A stretch of 60,900 bases of DNA, counting the filler, from Sphacelaria rigidula (Eukaryota): assembly GCA_964200075.2 (NCBI GenBank). It is 10 parts of 10 records of this genome, joined end to end, with 100 filler letters (N's around TTAATTAATTAA, not from the genome) between each part and the next. Parts side by side here need not be neighbours in the genome. Positions count along the whole stretch, not along the records: positions 12,201 to 18,200 come from CAXNAA020022900.1; positions 18,301 to 24,300 come from CAXNAA020022901.1; 8 more parts are not named here. The stretch is one strand, 5' to 3'. Of the stretch, positions 12,419 to 24,400 are shown in pieces. How positions within the stretch are numbered: the stretch's first letter is position 1; each line of letters starts with the position of its first letter. The notes under the pieces are model-generated. The model was not told where the DNA came from and searched no databases. It was given only the letters and a program-made list of their open reading frames with translations. The position numbers and the translations under genes were made by a program.

Positions 12419-15400
12419 GACTTCATCGCTAGCAGAGATGCCGACATCGTCCGCAGGTCCACCAAGGGTCTAGGCACCAACGAAGGGGACCTGATAAACA
12501 CCCTCTGCAACCGGACCAAAAAACAGCTCGATGCCGTCGACCTCCTGTACCACAAAAAGTACGAGAGCAGCCTGCTCAAGGTGGTGAAGAGCGACGTGGG
12601 CGGTAACTTCGGGAAGATGATCACGTACGCCCTCATGGACACGGACGACTTCGGCGCCGAGATATTCACGCTGGCTACGAAAGGGCTGGGCACCAAGGAG
12701 CACATCCTAATCGACTTCGTGCACACACACACCAATGATCAGGTGGCGTCTGTGAAACACAAGTGGGAGGCCAGAAACAACAGGTCCATGCTGGACACCA
12801 TCAACTCGGAGTTCAGCGGTAACGCAAAGAAGATCATGGTCATTTTGATCTTGGGTCACAAGTCCGAGTCCACGGAGGTTGGTTGAGAACTGAATATCAT
12901 GGGTAACGCTGTAGGCAGTTACTACGGCTGCTTGACCCGCTTTGGCGGCTTTTTCGAAACAGTTCCCGGGCGTGCTCCCACGCTTGTTTCGAGTGTTTTG
13001 TCAAGCATGATGATGGTGCGAATGACACAAGAGACTTGCTACATGGTGACGGACACAACATCGCGCTGGGGTGACTGGTGGCTGTGCTTTAGTACTTTGT
13101 TGCATATATTACGCCGAAACGAATCCCATCCTGACGCGGGATATTCACTGGACCTTGACTTGCCGCATGGGTATTTTTCCGTTTTCCTGTGTTTGTGCAC
13201 GAAACAAGAGTTTCAAGCACGCAAAAAGGAGTAGCAAACACCTACACGCTTCCCCTCGGGGCATTTTACTGGGCAGTGTGGCACGCCCCATTGTGCTGAT
13301 TTTGCATTCATCTACAGATGAGAGGTCTACTTGAAACAATGCCCCGCCCCCTCCTGCGTCGGTAAACCAGCATTTGTCGACGTGCTGTACCCCCCCCCCC
13401 CACCTCTGTACCATCTTTCTCATGCAACGCCGTCGACTGCCCACATTTTGAAATATACTAAGCTCTGCATCGACTGCAACTTGATCGCGTCCCGACATGT
13501 CGGTGGCATGTCGTGGTACAGGTGGACGAAGATCTGGCCGAGCAACAGGCCGCTGCCTTGCACGAGGCCGGCGTTCAAAAGCTTATCGGCACCGATCACG
13601 ACGTGTTCCTCGAAATCCTCGGGAAGTCGTCCCGTGCGCAGATCCAGGTGCGTCCGGATAGACAGGTCGCGATTGACCTGACGTGGAAGTTTGCAACGCC
13701 TTATAGTGAGCCCCAACTGCGCCGTTGCTGCTTCGTGTTCTCCGTTGGGTTCGGGGAAAGATTGATGAATCTAACACGAAACACAACCTGTTGTCGGGAT
13801 ACCACCCAATTTTGAAATCTCAGGCGATCAAGACGGCGTATGAGAGGAACCACGGGATGTCCCTGATGAAGGCCGTTAACAAGGGGTGCAGCGGTACCTA
13901 TAGGAAGGTCCTGTTGGGATGCCTCTTCCCTACGTCTGAGGTAAGGTCCACGGCGGCGGCGGTGATCGTTTTCCCGAGCGTGCTGCTTGATGCCGTTGTT
14001 GTCGTCGTCGTCGTCGTCGGTGTTAGTGGTGCTGTAACCTCTCTCAAACGCACGAAGATATCCTCCCATTTGCCACCCTGTTGTTATTCTCTCCTCTCAC
14101 TTCTCACTTCCCACCTTTTCCCCGTCACTCTTTCACTACGTCGCACGTACACATTTTTGCAGGCATACACGGCGTACGCGCTATTCAAGGCATTCGAGGG
14201 TATGGGCACGGACGAGGACCGTACGTGTCGTCTGCTGGGTGGGACCGACAAGCGCAAGATCCCTGCCGTGGCGTCCTACTACCTCGAAACCTACGGCAGG
14301 TCCATCGTGGAAGACCTCAAGGACGAAATTAGCGGAAAATTCTTGCAGGTGCGAGTGATAGTCCCGCTGTAGGACAGTGTTGGCAAGTGCATGTACGCAA
14401 AAGTACGTCACTTAACACAGTAGGCGAGCTTGGCGTAAACTGCGGATGGGGAGCGTAATCGCGTTTTGCGTTCCTGAGTCGCTAGATCGTTAAGCACGGA
14501 TCGTTCCGAGGTGGAGAAGGAAGACGCACATGTGGCCTGTAGTAAACATCAAATGTCGACAGAAAGTCGCGAGCATGTTGCAGGCTACTCAAAAGTCGAC
14601 AGCATTTAACTTTTGGTCGACTTGACAACAAAGGTATATACTTGAAAGGGGGGATAGCAGGGGCGGGGAGCGGAGGAGAGGATACAGTCGGGGCGGCGAT
14701 TGTCGATTGAAAAGCGCGACTAGATGGTATCGTCAAAGCACGTTGAATTACGTTTTTTTTTGTGTTTTTTTCAACGTACCGGCAGCCGGAGTTCACGGGT
14801 GGGGTGCTGACGAACAAACGACTTAGAGTATGATCGTTAAGTAGTAGTTGAACCGACGCCCGAGAGCCCATTGATGCGGATATATTGAACAAATTGCTCA
14901 GAGAATGCGGTCGCCTTGCCGGGTTTTAAGTAGCCTTAAATAATAGCACCTGCATCGGTGCCATACACGTATCATTTTTCATCATCCCTTGACTATTAAT
15001 AGTGACTTCTTCGTCGTCTACTTATACAAGGTATTAACGGCACGTACATGTGTAACGCGTCTTTTTTGCAATTCACAGGCGGCCTTGTGCTGGGTAGCCG
15101 GCGGCGACCCCACGAAGGGACTGGAGTACATCACGCAGGAGGCCCTGGATGCGCACGACCCTACTAAGCATAGAGATCTGGCCAAGGCGCTGCTGCAAGA
15201 ACGTGCTAACCTGCTGGACTTCATCTGTCAGGTTCGTTGCGCATGCACGTCTTGCTCATGGCGCAATTGAATTTTTGAGTACAAATCCAGCTTGCGCAGC
15301 TTTACGTTTGTCTTTGCTTTGTGCGTACTCGGTGAGCGGGTGGGTGAAGTGCCTGGTACACCAGAGGAACAGCTCGTACGTGGGCGTGCCAGAGAGACTT

Positions 15401-15831
15401 TGAACAACTCGGCAGCCACCGGTTTTGTTTCTGTTTTCAAGCGGGAGAGGATAGGGGAGCGCGGGTGTCTCTGCTGGCAGTGGTTCGTCATAGCACTAAA
15501 GTAGCGACGGTATTCGTATACATTCGAGTTCAAGCACTTGTTAGATTCGATAGATTCTCGCAAACAGATACGATGGTCGGTCGTAAATGCTTCGCTGTGA
15601 GCCTTGGGAGCTCACAGCGCTGTGAACAAGATGCGGCTTTCGTCCTACATTCTTATAGGGAGCAGGGTGAAAAGTCGGGGGGGGGGGGGGGGGGGGGGGG
15701 AGGGGGACCCCCCCCCCCCCCCAAAAAAACAAAATACCAAAAAACACCAGCAAGAAAGAAAATTTTTTGTGTANNNNNNNNNNGAGTGGAAGACCGGAGC
15801 CGGAAGGAGCGGGGGTTTGGTGCGGTGGGAT

Positions 15832-15877
<46 letters not shown>

Positions 15878-17976
15878 AATGGATCACCCTCACACCGACC
15901 AAATAACAGTATTACCGAAAGGCACGTCCAGATATGAAACTTGATTGTGCAGATCTCATTGAACTGAAAACATGTTGAAAAAAACGGGGCAAACGAAATG
16001 TACACAGGTGGACGCGAGCGACATCCGCGGCGCTTGCAAGCGTCTGGGAACTAACGACTCGCGGTTGGTCTCTGTCATCTGCGGCCGCACCAAGCCTCAC
16101 CTTGCCCGCGTGGACCAGTACTACCACTCACTGTACGGCATGTCGCTGGTGGCGCAGGTCAAGCACGAGTGCTTCGGCTCGTACAAGTGAGTTTCATGTC
16201 TCTTGTTTTGTTTTCTGGTCTAAATTTGAGTGTTTGCCTCTCCCCGCCTGACGTCAACGAAAACAGCAAGTGTACCGAAAAACTGATTCACGCTTGCAAC
16301 TTTTTAGCTTCCACGATTTCCGACACTAATTTCAAGTAGGGCTTGGTACAAGTGGCGGCTGACAGGAGAACGACGGGGTGATTTTGTAAGGAGGAGGCTG
16401 TTGAGGGGAAAAAAACAAGACAAGTCGAGTACTCGCGTAGATACTCTTACACGAGGTACCCGATGCATCGTGAGCAATCTGTGACGTCGTAGTCCATCGT
16501 TGATGATGAGTTGTAACGAGGTTGTTTACGGTACCCTGACGTAAAAATTGACTGGAGAGGGGACACATGCGTCTAAGTCTACTAAACATGCGTCCAAATC
16601 ACGCTTCGGCGTAATAAATGACAAACTCTCAGATGAAACACGAAAGCAAGCGACGTCGGAACGCCTGTAGCAACGCGCCCTTTGCCTGGCCCCACCTCTT
16701 TCACCCCGTTGCTCAAGTACCCAGGTTGTAACTAGTGTTGCAATTTACTACGGGGTTGTTGCTGGCAAGTGGTATCGAGTGTAGGAAACACCTTCACAGC
16801 ACCGGGTTTATTACCCGATCACTGAAAATACTGATGAGCCTATCCGAACCTCTACGCTGTTTACCATGCTTGCTACTCCCCTTCCACCATCGATCTGCAG
16901 TATTTGTGTAGGGACTTGCTAGTCGTACGTTGATTTGTCGCTTATTTTTTTTCGTCTCCACGTGATGGTAAGAAAATAGGGAGATCTTTCGTTCTACGGT
17001 ACAAAATCCACACACAAGGTGGATACGCCACTTCATCCCATTACTGTTACATCCTGCACCTCTTGATATTGTTCTTGAAAATCGGCCAACTCGACGGCGA
17101 CGATGGTGCTCGTGGCACCGTTGGCTGTGTTGCGGCAAAGATGTCATCGAGATCTGTCGCTGCGCCTGCCATCTCGACAGTCCATGCCCGGGCGTCCCGT
17201 GCTCGGGCGTCCCGAGCTCATCGAGATGGAAAAATCTGGTATCAGGGGGTGCGATAATAAGGGTGTGTATGTGTGTGGGCATTCCATCTATTCTGGACGC
17301 CAGTCTACCCCTTTCAGTATTGTGGACGCGTCAGCCGGGGTCACACATGAGGAAGGTCACCACAGGATTTTCTTCTATTTCGTTTTGTTTTAGTACCCCA
17401 CATTCTTCCCGCGGTGCCTACCTTCTTTTTTATCGCGAGAGGGATTCTGCAGCCCCTTTCCCTCATCGACCGTAAAGTCGAATTTTGTGTACCCACGACG
17501 TGGTCACTCTCCACTGTTGAGCATGGTATGAGGAAAAAATCCCAGATCGTATGACTGCATCGAGATTCGAACCCACGTTCCAACTGTCAGAAGGATTCGA
17601 GGTTGCCAACTGAGTCACCGGGGCAACCGGCCTGTCAGGGTGCTCCGGCAACTATTTTTTCAGCCACCAACCTCCTTGTAAGCTGCTGTGCGTGACGTCC
17701 GAATCCAGTCGCTGTGCGCATCTGTACGATACATACAGAGCTCTACTGTAGTATCTTGTGAACCGTGTTATCGTGTTCACCCTTTTTCATCGCCGCGCTG
17801 TTGATTGTTTTAGGGACTTCTTGACATACACATTGCTGCCGGAGGCTGACTTCGACGCTTTGATGTTCAAGAAGGCCATGGACGGACTGGGCACCAACCA
17901 AAATCTCATCATCGAGATCATGGCTCCGCAGAGCAATGAACGGATCTTGGCCGCCAAGGCCAGGCACGACCAGAAG
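12419..17976 (+). CDS. Annexin with at least six annexin repeats (more than one tetrad), partial multi-exon gene
   Basis: Exons 12419-12877, 13522-13647, 13824-13940, 14163-14348, 15079-15231, 16008-16186, 17814-17976, all AG/GT-bounded and in phase. Endonexin-type loops: KGLGTNE, KGLGTKE, KLIGTDH, EGMGTDE, KRLGTND, DGLGTNQ, spaced as ~70-aa annexin repeats. Confidence 0.95.
17263..17631 (-). mobile_element. tRNA-derived SINE, near full length, in an annexin intron
   Basis: Minus-strand head gccggttgccccggtgactcagttgg (A box) ... gggttcgaatc (B box), with a (CA)-rich tail. Aligns with the copies at 34393 and 35215. Confidence 0.85.
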
Positions 17977-18131
17977 GTGTGATGATCGATCGGGCATTGG
18001 GTGCCGTTTCCCAGGAGAGTTCGAGGAAGAGGAAGAAATTGCCTTGGTCAAAATCGACTTTCACTCCACTGTGGGAAAATATCGGGTTTTTTTGTTGTTC
18101 ATGCCGGCTACTGTCAGACGTCGAAGACGAT

Positions 18132-18132
<1 letters not shown>

Positions 18133-18179
<47 letters not shown>

Positions 18180-18200
18180 GTCGTCCCATCTATTCTGGAC
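18133..18200 (-). mobile_element. 3' end and (CA)n tail of the same SINE, cut by the piece boundary
   Basis: (GT)n followed by ttgtcgtcccatctattctggac, identical to 34402-34424. Confidence 0.8.
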
Positions 18201-18901
18201 NNNNNNNNNNNNNNNNNNNNNNNNNNNNNNNNNNNNNNNNNNNNTTAATTAATTAANNNNNNNNNNNNNNNNNNNNNNNNNNNNNNNNNNNNNNNNNNNN
18301 CTTTCGTGCAAGACAGATATGCCACTTCAGCCCCATATTTTGTCTGAATCCCAAAATATGAAATCGGCTGTTATTGGTACCTGATGGGTCATACTACGTT
18401 GTTTGATTGGATTGACTTGGCCGCCCCCCTTGCGTCACAGCGTTTTGGACTATGCATCTCAACTAGCCAAGCAAAAGTTAGCCTGTACGCCAATAATACA
18501 TGAGCATCTACGCCATCATTGACTGCTATCTCAGAGGATTCTCTGGTCTTCACAAATGTAAGCCTGACCATCACACATGCTGTGCTGCAGCCAGCGCGGC
18601 TCATGGAATGCCACCTGATCACTGGTGCGGTGGCTGACTTCACACTTGGTAACGTCGAACCCAATGGCCTCGATACTAATGGTTGTGTTTGAGCCCTCTA
18701 GCCCCGGTGCCCACTGAACTGGCATCTTCCTACGTAGGTTATGAGTATCGTACCATGACAGATCACGTACTTCAACACCCGCTCCCATCTCAGCCACGGA
18801 CGGCGTCGGCACGCACAAGCGAAGACTTGGTATGGATAGGATTTTATTTCTCCTGGTTTCTCATTCCCAGTAAAAAATCCATCCCCACTTCGTAAGATCC
18901 C

Positions 18902-19185
18902 GTGTGTATGGCGTGCGTGTTGTCACCCATCTACTCTCGACGTCAGTCTACACCTTTCGGTACAAGTGGGCGCATCAGCCGAGGTCGACAGAAGATTTTT
19001 TTTCCCCCAGTTTGTTCTAGTGCTCCCCTTCCTTCTGAAATACCCGTCTCATTCTTGATCGAGAGAGGAGTTCAGCAGTCTCTTCCCCTCGTCGATCTTC
19101 AAGTCGATTTTTGTGTTTCCACGAGATATTTACTCTCCACTGTTGCGCATTGTGTGAGTAAAAATCCTAGATCATCGTATAATGG
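18902..19185 (-). mobile_element. 5'-truncated, diverged copy of the tRNA-derived SINE
   Basis: gtgttgtcacccatctactctcgacgtcagtctacacctttcgg...ctctccactgttg matches the SINE body; the head is missing. Confidence 0.75.
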
Positions 19186-21564
19186 TGCGTGAATATTCCC
19201 TAGACCCACCAGAGGGTGGGCGATCCACGCCGCATTACTTGATTTTCAAGTGAAGATGATACCAATTCAGCGAATGATTTTCCTGACGGTGGAAGGGTCA
19301 ATATCCCTCCATCATGTGCCACCTTCTTCAGCCCGTTCGCACGAGCCTCTTGACCTGTCAAGTCCTCGGATGCCGCGGTCATGATCAATTATGGCGACAT
19401 TAAAAAACAAGGCCACATGTTTTCATTCCTTCGGATGGCATACGGTGTTCGCCCACATCTCGTGAGACAACTTTTCTCTTCTCCCACTACAGCGACAGCT
19501 GACATCACCTCCATTAAATTCTTCCATCATCATCTCAACTAGATGCACAAATCTCTACAGAAATACGGTATCACACGAAAAAAAGTCTTCTTCACCTTCC
19601 CCCAAGCATGAGAACAATTTCGACTGCGGGCAACGTGTGTTTCTCCGTGGTACAGCTCCAGCGAATATGGCCGTGTATTTACTAGATACAGTAGAAGCTA
19701 GATCCCAGCTGTCACCATCAACCACGCGGAAAGAGTGATAGAAACAAATAAGCGCTGACACGCCTATTTGTCGCTCCCAACAAAATTCCACACTGTGAAA
19801 AAGAAACAAGAGCGGACGATTTCACAACTTTCCTTCACCTCGAAAATGTGCCAATATTCCAAAATATGGTCGGGAATCAAGGAACATTCAAACAAATCGA
19901 TCTCTATTTCTCGAGGAAGAAGTTCATTCCTGGGCGAAAGGATCGATCACTTCAAGCTCAGCGCCCTCAGGAGCATCCTTATTGTACGTTTCAAACGCCG
20001 CTCTGGATCCCACGACTGCCACTCCCGCGGTAGACTTGAGCTGCGATGCACATGGTACGGTGCGGGACAACCACGGCAAGATTAGCACGAAGGTGAACAT
20101 GAGAGACAGGGCGGGAACATAATTTCTCTTTGTCTCGGACTCGCTGGTAGAAGATGGTTCCCAAGACGGGGTTTTTCAAAATCCACTCGAGAACTGCCAC
20201 GCGCGCATGTGTTGTACGCTTCGGGCCGAACAATCTTCGCAAATGTGATTTTCCCCCCACATGCACACATCAACAAAACGCCTCCTGAGTGATGCTGCGA
20301 TAGGGTCTGCGCTTTTGCGGCCTTAGAGGTACTCGGGATTTAGGCATGTCGAATCACCTTTGACTCTCACCACAGTTCTTAGAGCCTCAGGGTGGAACAT
20401 GCGTCCATGACCCACGAGATAATTCCAGTCTGAGGTTCGGGCGGAGGTCACAATGTTCTCGATGGAACATTACTCTCATGGCTCTCAGGCCGGTTGCAGA
20501 CCCTATCGCAGTATCACTCTTCTATAGCATATGTATCGGTGTTCCGAAATTGCGTCATCCACGAAGATAATGAGCAGCGGATGGTAATTTTCCGACATAG
20601 ACCGCGTCGCAATTCCAGAATGGTGTCAAGAGATGAAAGGTGACGACATACAAAAATAGCGGCGAAAATTGTACTTGGGCTGTTTGTCGCACATGAACTG
20701 ATCCTCGAGAGGCCCAGCCGTGGCCACAAGCTGAACGTACCCTAGGAGAACGAGATCACAGGCTCGCTTCAGGAAAAACAAAAAAAGGCGAAAAAGAAAA
20801 GAAATACACCCGTGAAGTGAACTGTACGACAGGCCCAAGCAGATGAAGGTCAAGCGCTCATAGTACTCAAAACAAGAACAAAACGCCGTGGGGGCAGACG
20901 GCGGCTCGGCTATGTCGAGTCGGACTATTTCAAGAGTCGAACTATTTCAAGGTTCGGACGAATCACTGCCGGTTCGAATAATCAAATCCACGATTTCGTA
21001 GGCCTAATTGCTCGAAGGAGAGAAAAAAGCGGACCGCTGATCAAACATGTCTCCACGTAACTTTTACGCCATTCCACGTCTCTGGGCTGCGCGTAGTCGG
21101 CTTGCAACGCTGACAGCAAAGCCCAAGGACTGATACGTACGGTGCGAATCAAGTACACTGAAATCAAGTAATATTCAGATGAGTAATAAATTTGTCCGAT
21201 CCCTGGACTATTTGGGTACGAATCCTCATCCATGAGCCTTGCGAAAGTAGGGCGCCAAACAGCTACTGTCCAACACCGAGAGGAAAGGAACAGCGAGAGA
21301 GAAGGAGAGAACAGATGGAGAATGAAGTAACGGAGACGATGAAACCCAAGCACACAGTAGTGGAGTAACAAAAGCAAAGCCAGTGGACACCGCTACACTA
21401 CAGACGAAGTAAGAAGTGAAAAAAAAGATAGGATAGTGTTGGGTAAGTCTCCGTGTTAGTCCGGCTCCGCTCGCTCATCCACACGAGAAGGAGTTGTCAA
21501 CACATTCGCGCCGTATCCATCTTACAGGCGATGCCAAGATGCGCACTACACGGTCTGTACTCAC

Positions 21565-24212
21565 TTTTTCGAGGCGCTTCCCGAAGTCCACGAAGTGTTC
21601 AACCTTTGTTGACAATACCTGGGGCAAAAAATATTTTGCACGGGTTGCGCCGAGGGCGGAGGGGAGGAAACGTAAGTGACCATTGCCGTGACCGCGTGCA
21701 AAAGAAGCCCACAGCGTTGCCCATGATGGGGCTCCCCGCACATCACTCAGCTCCTACAGAAACGTAGCACCGGACAGGACTGAGAACCAGCACACGATGA
21801 CCAACCCCCGGACGGGCTGTGGGATTTCTGTTAACCAAGATCTAGATCTTAGTGGAGGTGAACAAAACAATGACACGATTGCACGCACAATTCAGGGGCG
21901 GCGCCGACACTACAGCCAACGAGCGCTCACGGGCGATATTTTCATACCTCGTCCCTGAATTGCTGGCGGTACTCGTCAGTCGTGCCCATGAGATATCTCC
22001 TCAAGCTTGTCCAACCCTTGGAGTCCGCAGGCATCGGGCTATCCATGTCCCCAATTGTGCCGATGATGGAGGCTTCGAGCTCTTCCTGCGGCAAATGTAA
22101 TCCTGACAGGAACGCTGCAAAATACAAAAACATGCAACAACAACCACAACAACCACAACAACAACAAAAGTGGAAGGGAAGAGAGGAAAAATACGTGAGT
22201 AAATCTGCAGTGGAAAGTAAAGTGGACAACAACAAAAACAATCGCCAGGAGACACGAGATTGTCCGACACAATATTTCACAAGCTGGTGAAGGTGAAGCG
22301 CCGATATCTCATGTGCAGTAGCACACTCAATTCCAACACATCTAGTGGGGTCACGGAGGACATTCAAACGTCATGACTCTCAAGTTCGGTTTCACCCTGT
22401 CAACATCTCTTCCTTCATGGCCGGTGCGGCCTGCTTTATGTGAATCCCATCAGATTTCTGGCATTTTCGGACGCAAAATCCGCTCGAGATGAAAGCTGCA
22501 CAGCACGGCACCGTACGGACGCAACGATGTCGATCACCTCACAACACAGTGTTTTCATGACATCGAGTCCAGGATATGACAGTGAGAATCGGTCAAGCAA
22601 TTCATGACATGGCGTCCGTTCCGAAATTACCCTCCGGGCCTTGTATACGCATGCTGTCTGTAGTAGCTCGCCACTAGAGCCTTTGATATCACCGAGAAGA
22701 ATATCGACATGTAGCTGGAAGCATACGGCGGTGTTACAGGTGAAGAGAGGCACCCATAAAACGAAAAAATGGACACGTTAAAGCAAATAATAAAATCATG
22801 ATTGGTACGCAATTTGTCCAACAGCCAGCACTCATTGCTGTTGTATAAATATAATTGGTTTGGCTCATGCCAAGCAGGTGGAAATTCCAAAAGCAATTAA
22901 AAACTTTCTTGGTACATTGACATTGATTTCCCATCAGATATCGTGCCGACGTGACCTCCAGATCAAGGAGCACCATATCAAGTTGAACAATGCATAACTC
23001 AATCTCACGAAAACAATCTTACAACTCACCAGAGCAACCGTCGTAATTCTCCAGCGTCTTCCCCAAGTTTGGGTCTCGGTATGACAGGCAGCTGAACAAT
23101 CCAGACGACGGGCTGAACCTAGAAAACCCGCCGTAAGCCCCCCCCATGACTCTCACGGTATCCCACAGGTACCCGGTGCGCAAGAACCTCGACACCACCG
23201 TTGCGTGTCCTGGTGCAACCTCCCCGGGCTCGTACAGTCGCCCACCCTTCACCACGTAGTTGACCTGGTACAGTTTAATTTTGGCGTTAGAGGTGTTCGC
23301 AACGTAGGAGACGGGTAGCAAGGTTTGGTAGGTTTCAACTGTTCGAGGCACACGGCCTTGGAGCGACCGAATCAAGTTCTTCGTGCTCGTGGGAGCTCTG
23401 ATTGTCATTATCGCTGTCGTCGTTCTAGTCGTCGGCGCTGCTGCTGCCAAGTGTCATTGCTGTGGAGGCTTACACTGACGCAAGCAATTGTGTGTGCCTG
23501 TGGCCGACGGCCGCGCAATTTCCCTGGGCAGGTGAACCAGCTAGAGACAAAAGAGGCTGGCGTGCGGAACACAAAATCGAATGAGGAGGGCCAGTAAACC
23601 GATAAGAGACGATTGAGACTGAAATGTAAAATGCAAAATTGAATCAAGATCTCTGGAGGGAAGAAATCTGAACGGCCCTCGGCAGCATTGGTGAATTGGA
23701 AAGTGTTCTATCGAAATATGGGAACATCCAGCGAGGGTATTGATCCAGTGCGCCACGGATTTGCAAGGCAGCTACTCGAGGAGCAGGGACAGGGAACATA
23801 ATACCGCGAGATTACGGAGTCTGTTTTTGGGGCAAGAAGTTGAAAAGGATACCATGACATGAAGTAAAAACATACATCAACAGCATCGAAAACAGCAACA
23901 AAAGAAGACGTTTGGAAGGGGAAAAAAAGCTGGTACAAATCCAAGGGGACAAGAGTATTGGTTCGTATATACCGAGCACAAAATGATTGTCAGGAGCGAA
24001 AAAAAACGACATACGAGCAGAAACAACCGAAAACAATCGGTGTTTTTCATGCCGAAGCACACCTGCGTGGGTACCACGAACCCCTCGTCCTTCTTTTCCA
24101 GCAGGGCTGCCTGCTCCGCTAGCGGCCTTGTCTCTGTCGCTCCGCCCGCCGTTTCCTCAGGAAGACGAGACAGGAAGTCCGACACTGCCGAACTAGACTG
24201 GTCCAGCACGGG
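21565..24212 (-). CDS. PITRM1: Presequence protease PreP / pitrilysin metallopeptidase (M16C), C-terminal exons
   Basis: In-phase exons 24212-24063, 23264-23030, 22114-21948, 21618-21565. Peptide: EGFVVPTQVNYVVKGGRLY..SRFLRTGYLWDTVRVMGGAYGGF..LSYRDPNLGKTLENYDG..IIGTIGDMDSPMPADSKGWTSLRRYLMG..RQQFRDEVLST, the conserved PreP C-terminal region. Confidence 0.93.
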
Positions 24213-24400
24213 CTGCTCTCCACAAACGAAACATGAAGGGCGCGGGCGAGGAGAGGGAGACACGAAACAGAAATAGGAGATGCAACAGGTGGGCGGCGGG
24301 NNNNNNNNNNNNNNNNNNNNNNNNNNNNNNNNNNNNNNNNNNNNTTAATTAATTAANNNNNNNNNNNNNNNNNNNNNNNNNNNNNNNNNNNNNNNNNNNN

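Noticed and set aside
15677..15880. Poly-Gly/poly-Pro ORFs from long G/C runs (also 30530-30590, 42758-42797, 48150-48190, 54953-54993)
   Set aside because: Homopolymers beside gaps and piece ends, most likely poly-G sequencing or assembly artefacts.
18301..20700. Possible decayed coding or TE sequence downstream of PreP, and the PreP last exon
   Set aside because: No recognisable motif in any frame. Candidate last exons (for example about 21128-21063) could not be supported.
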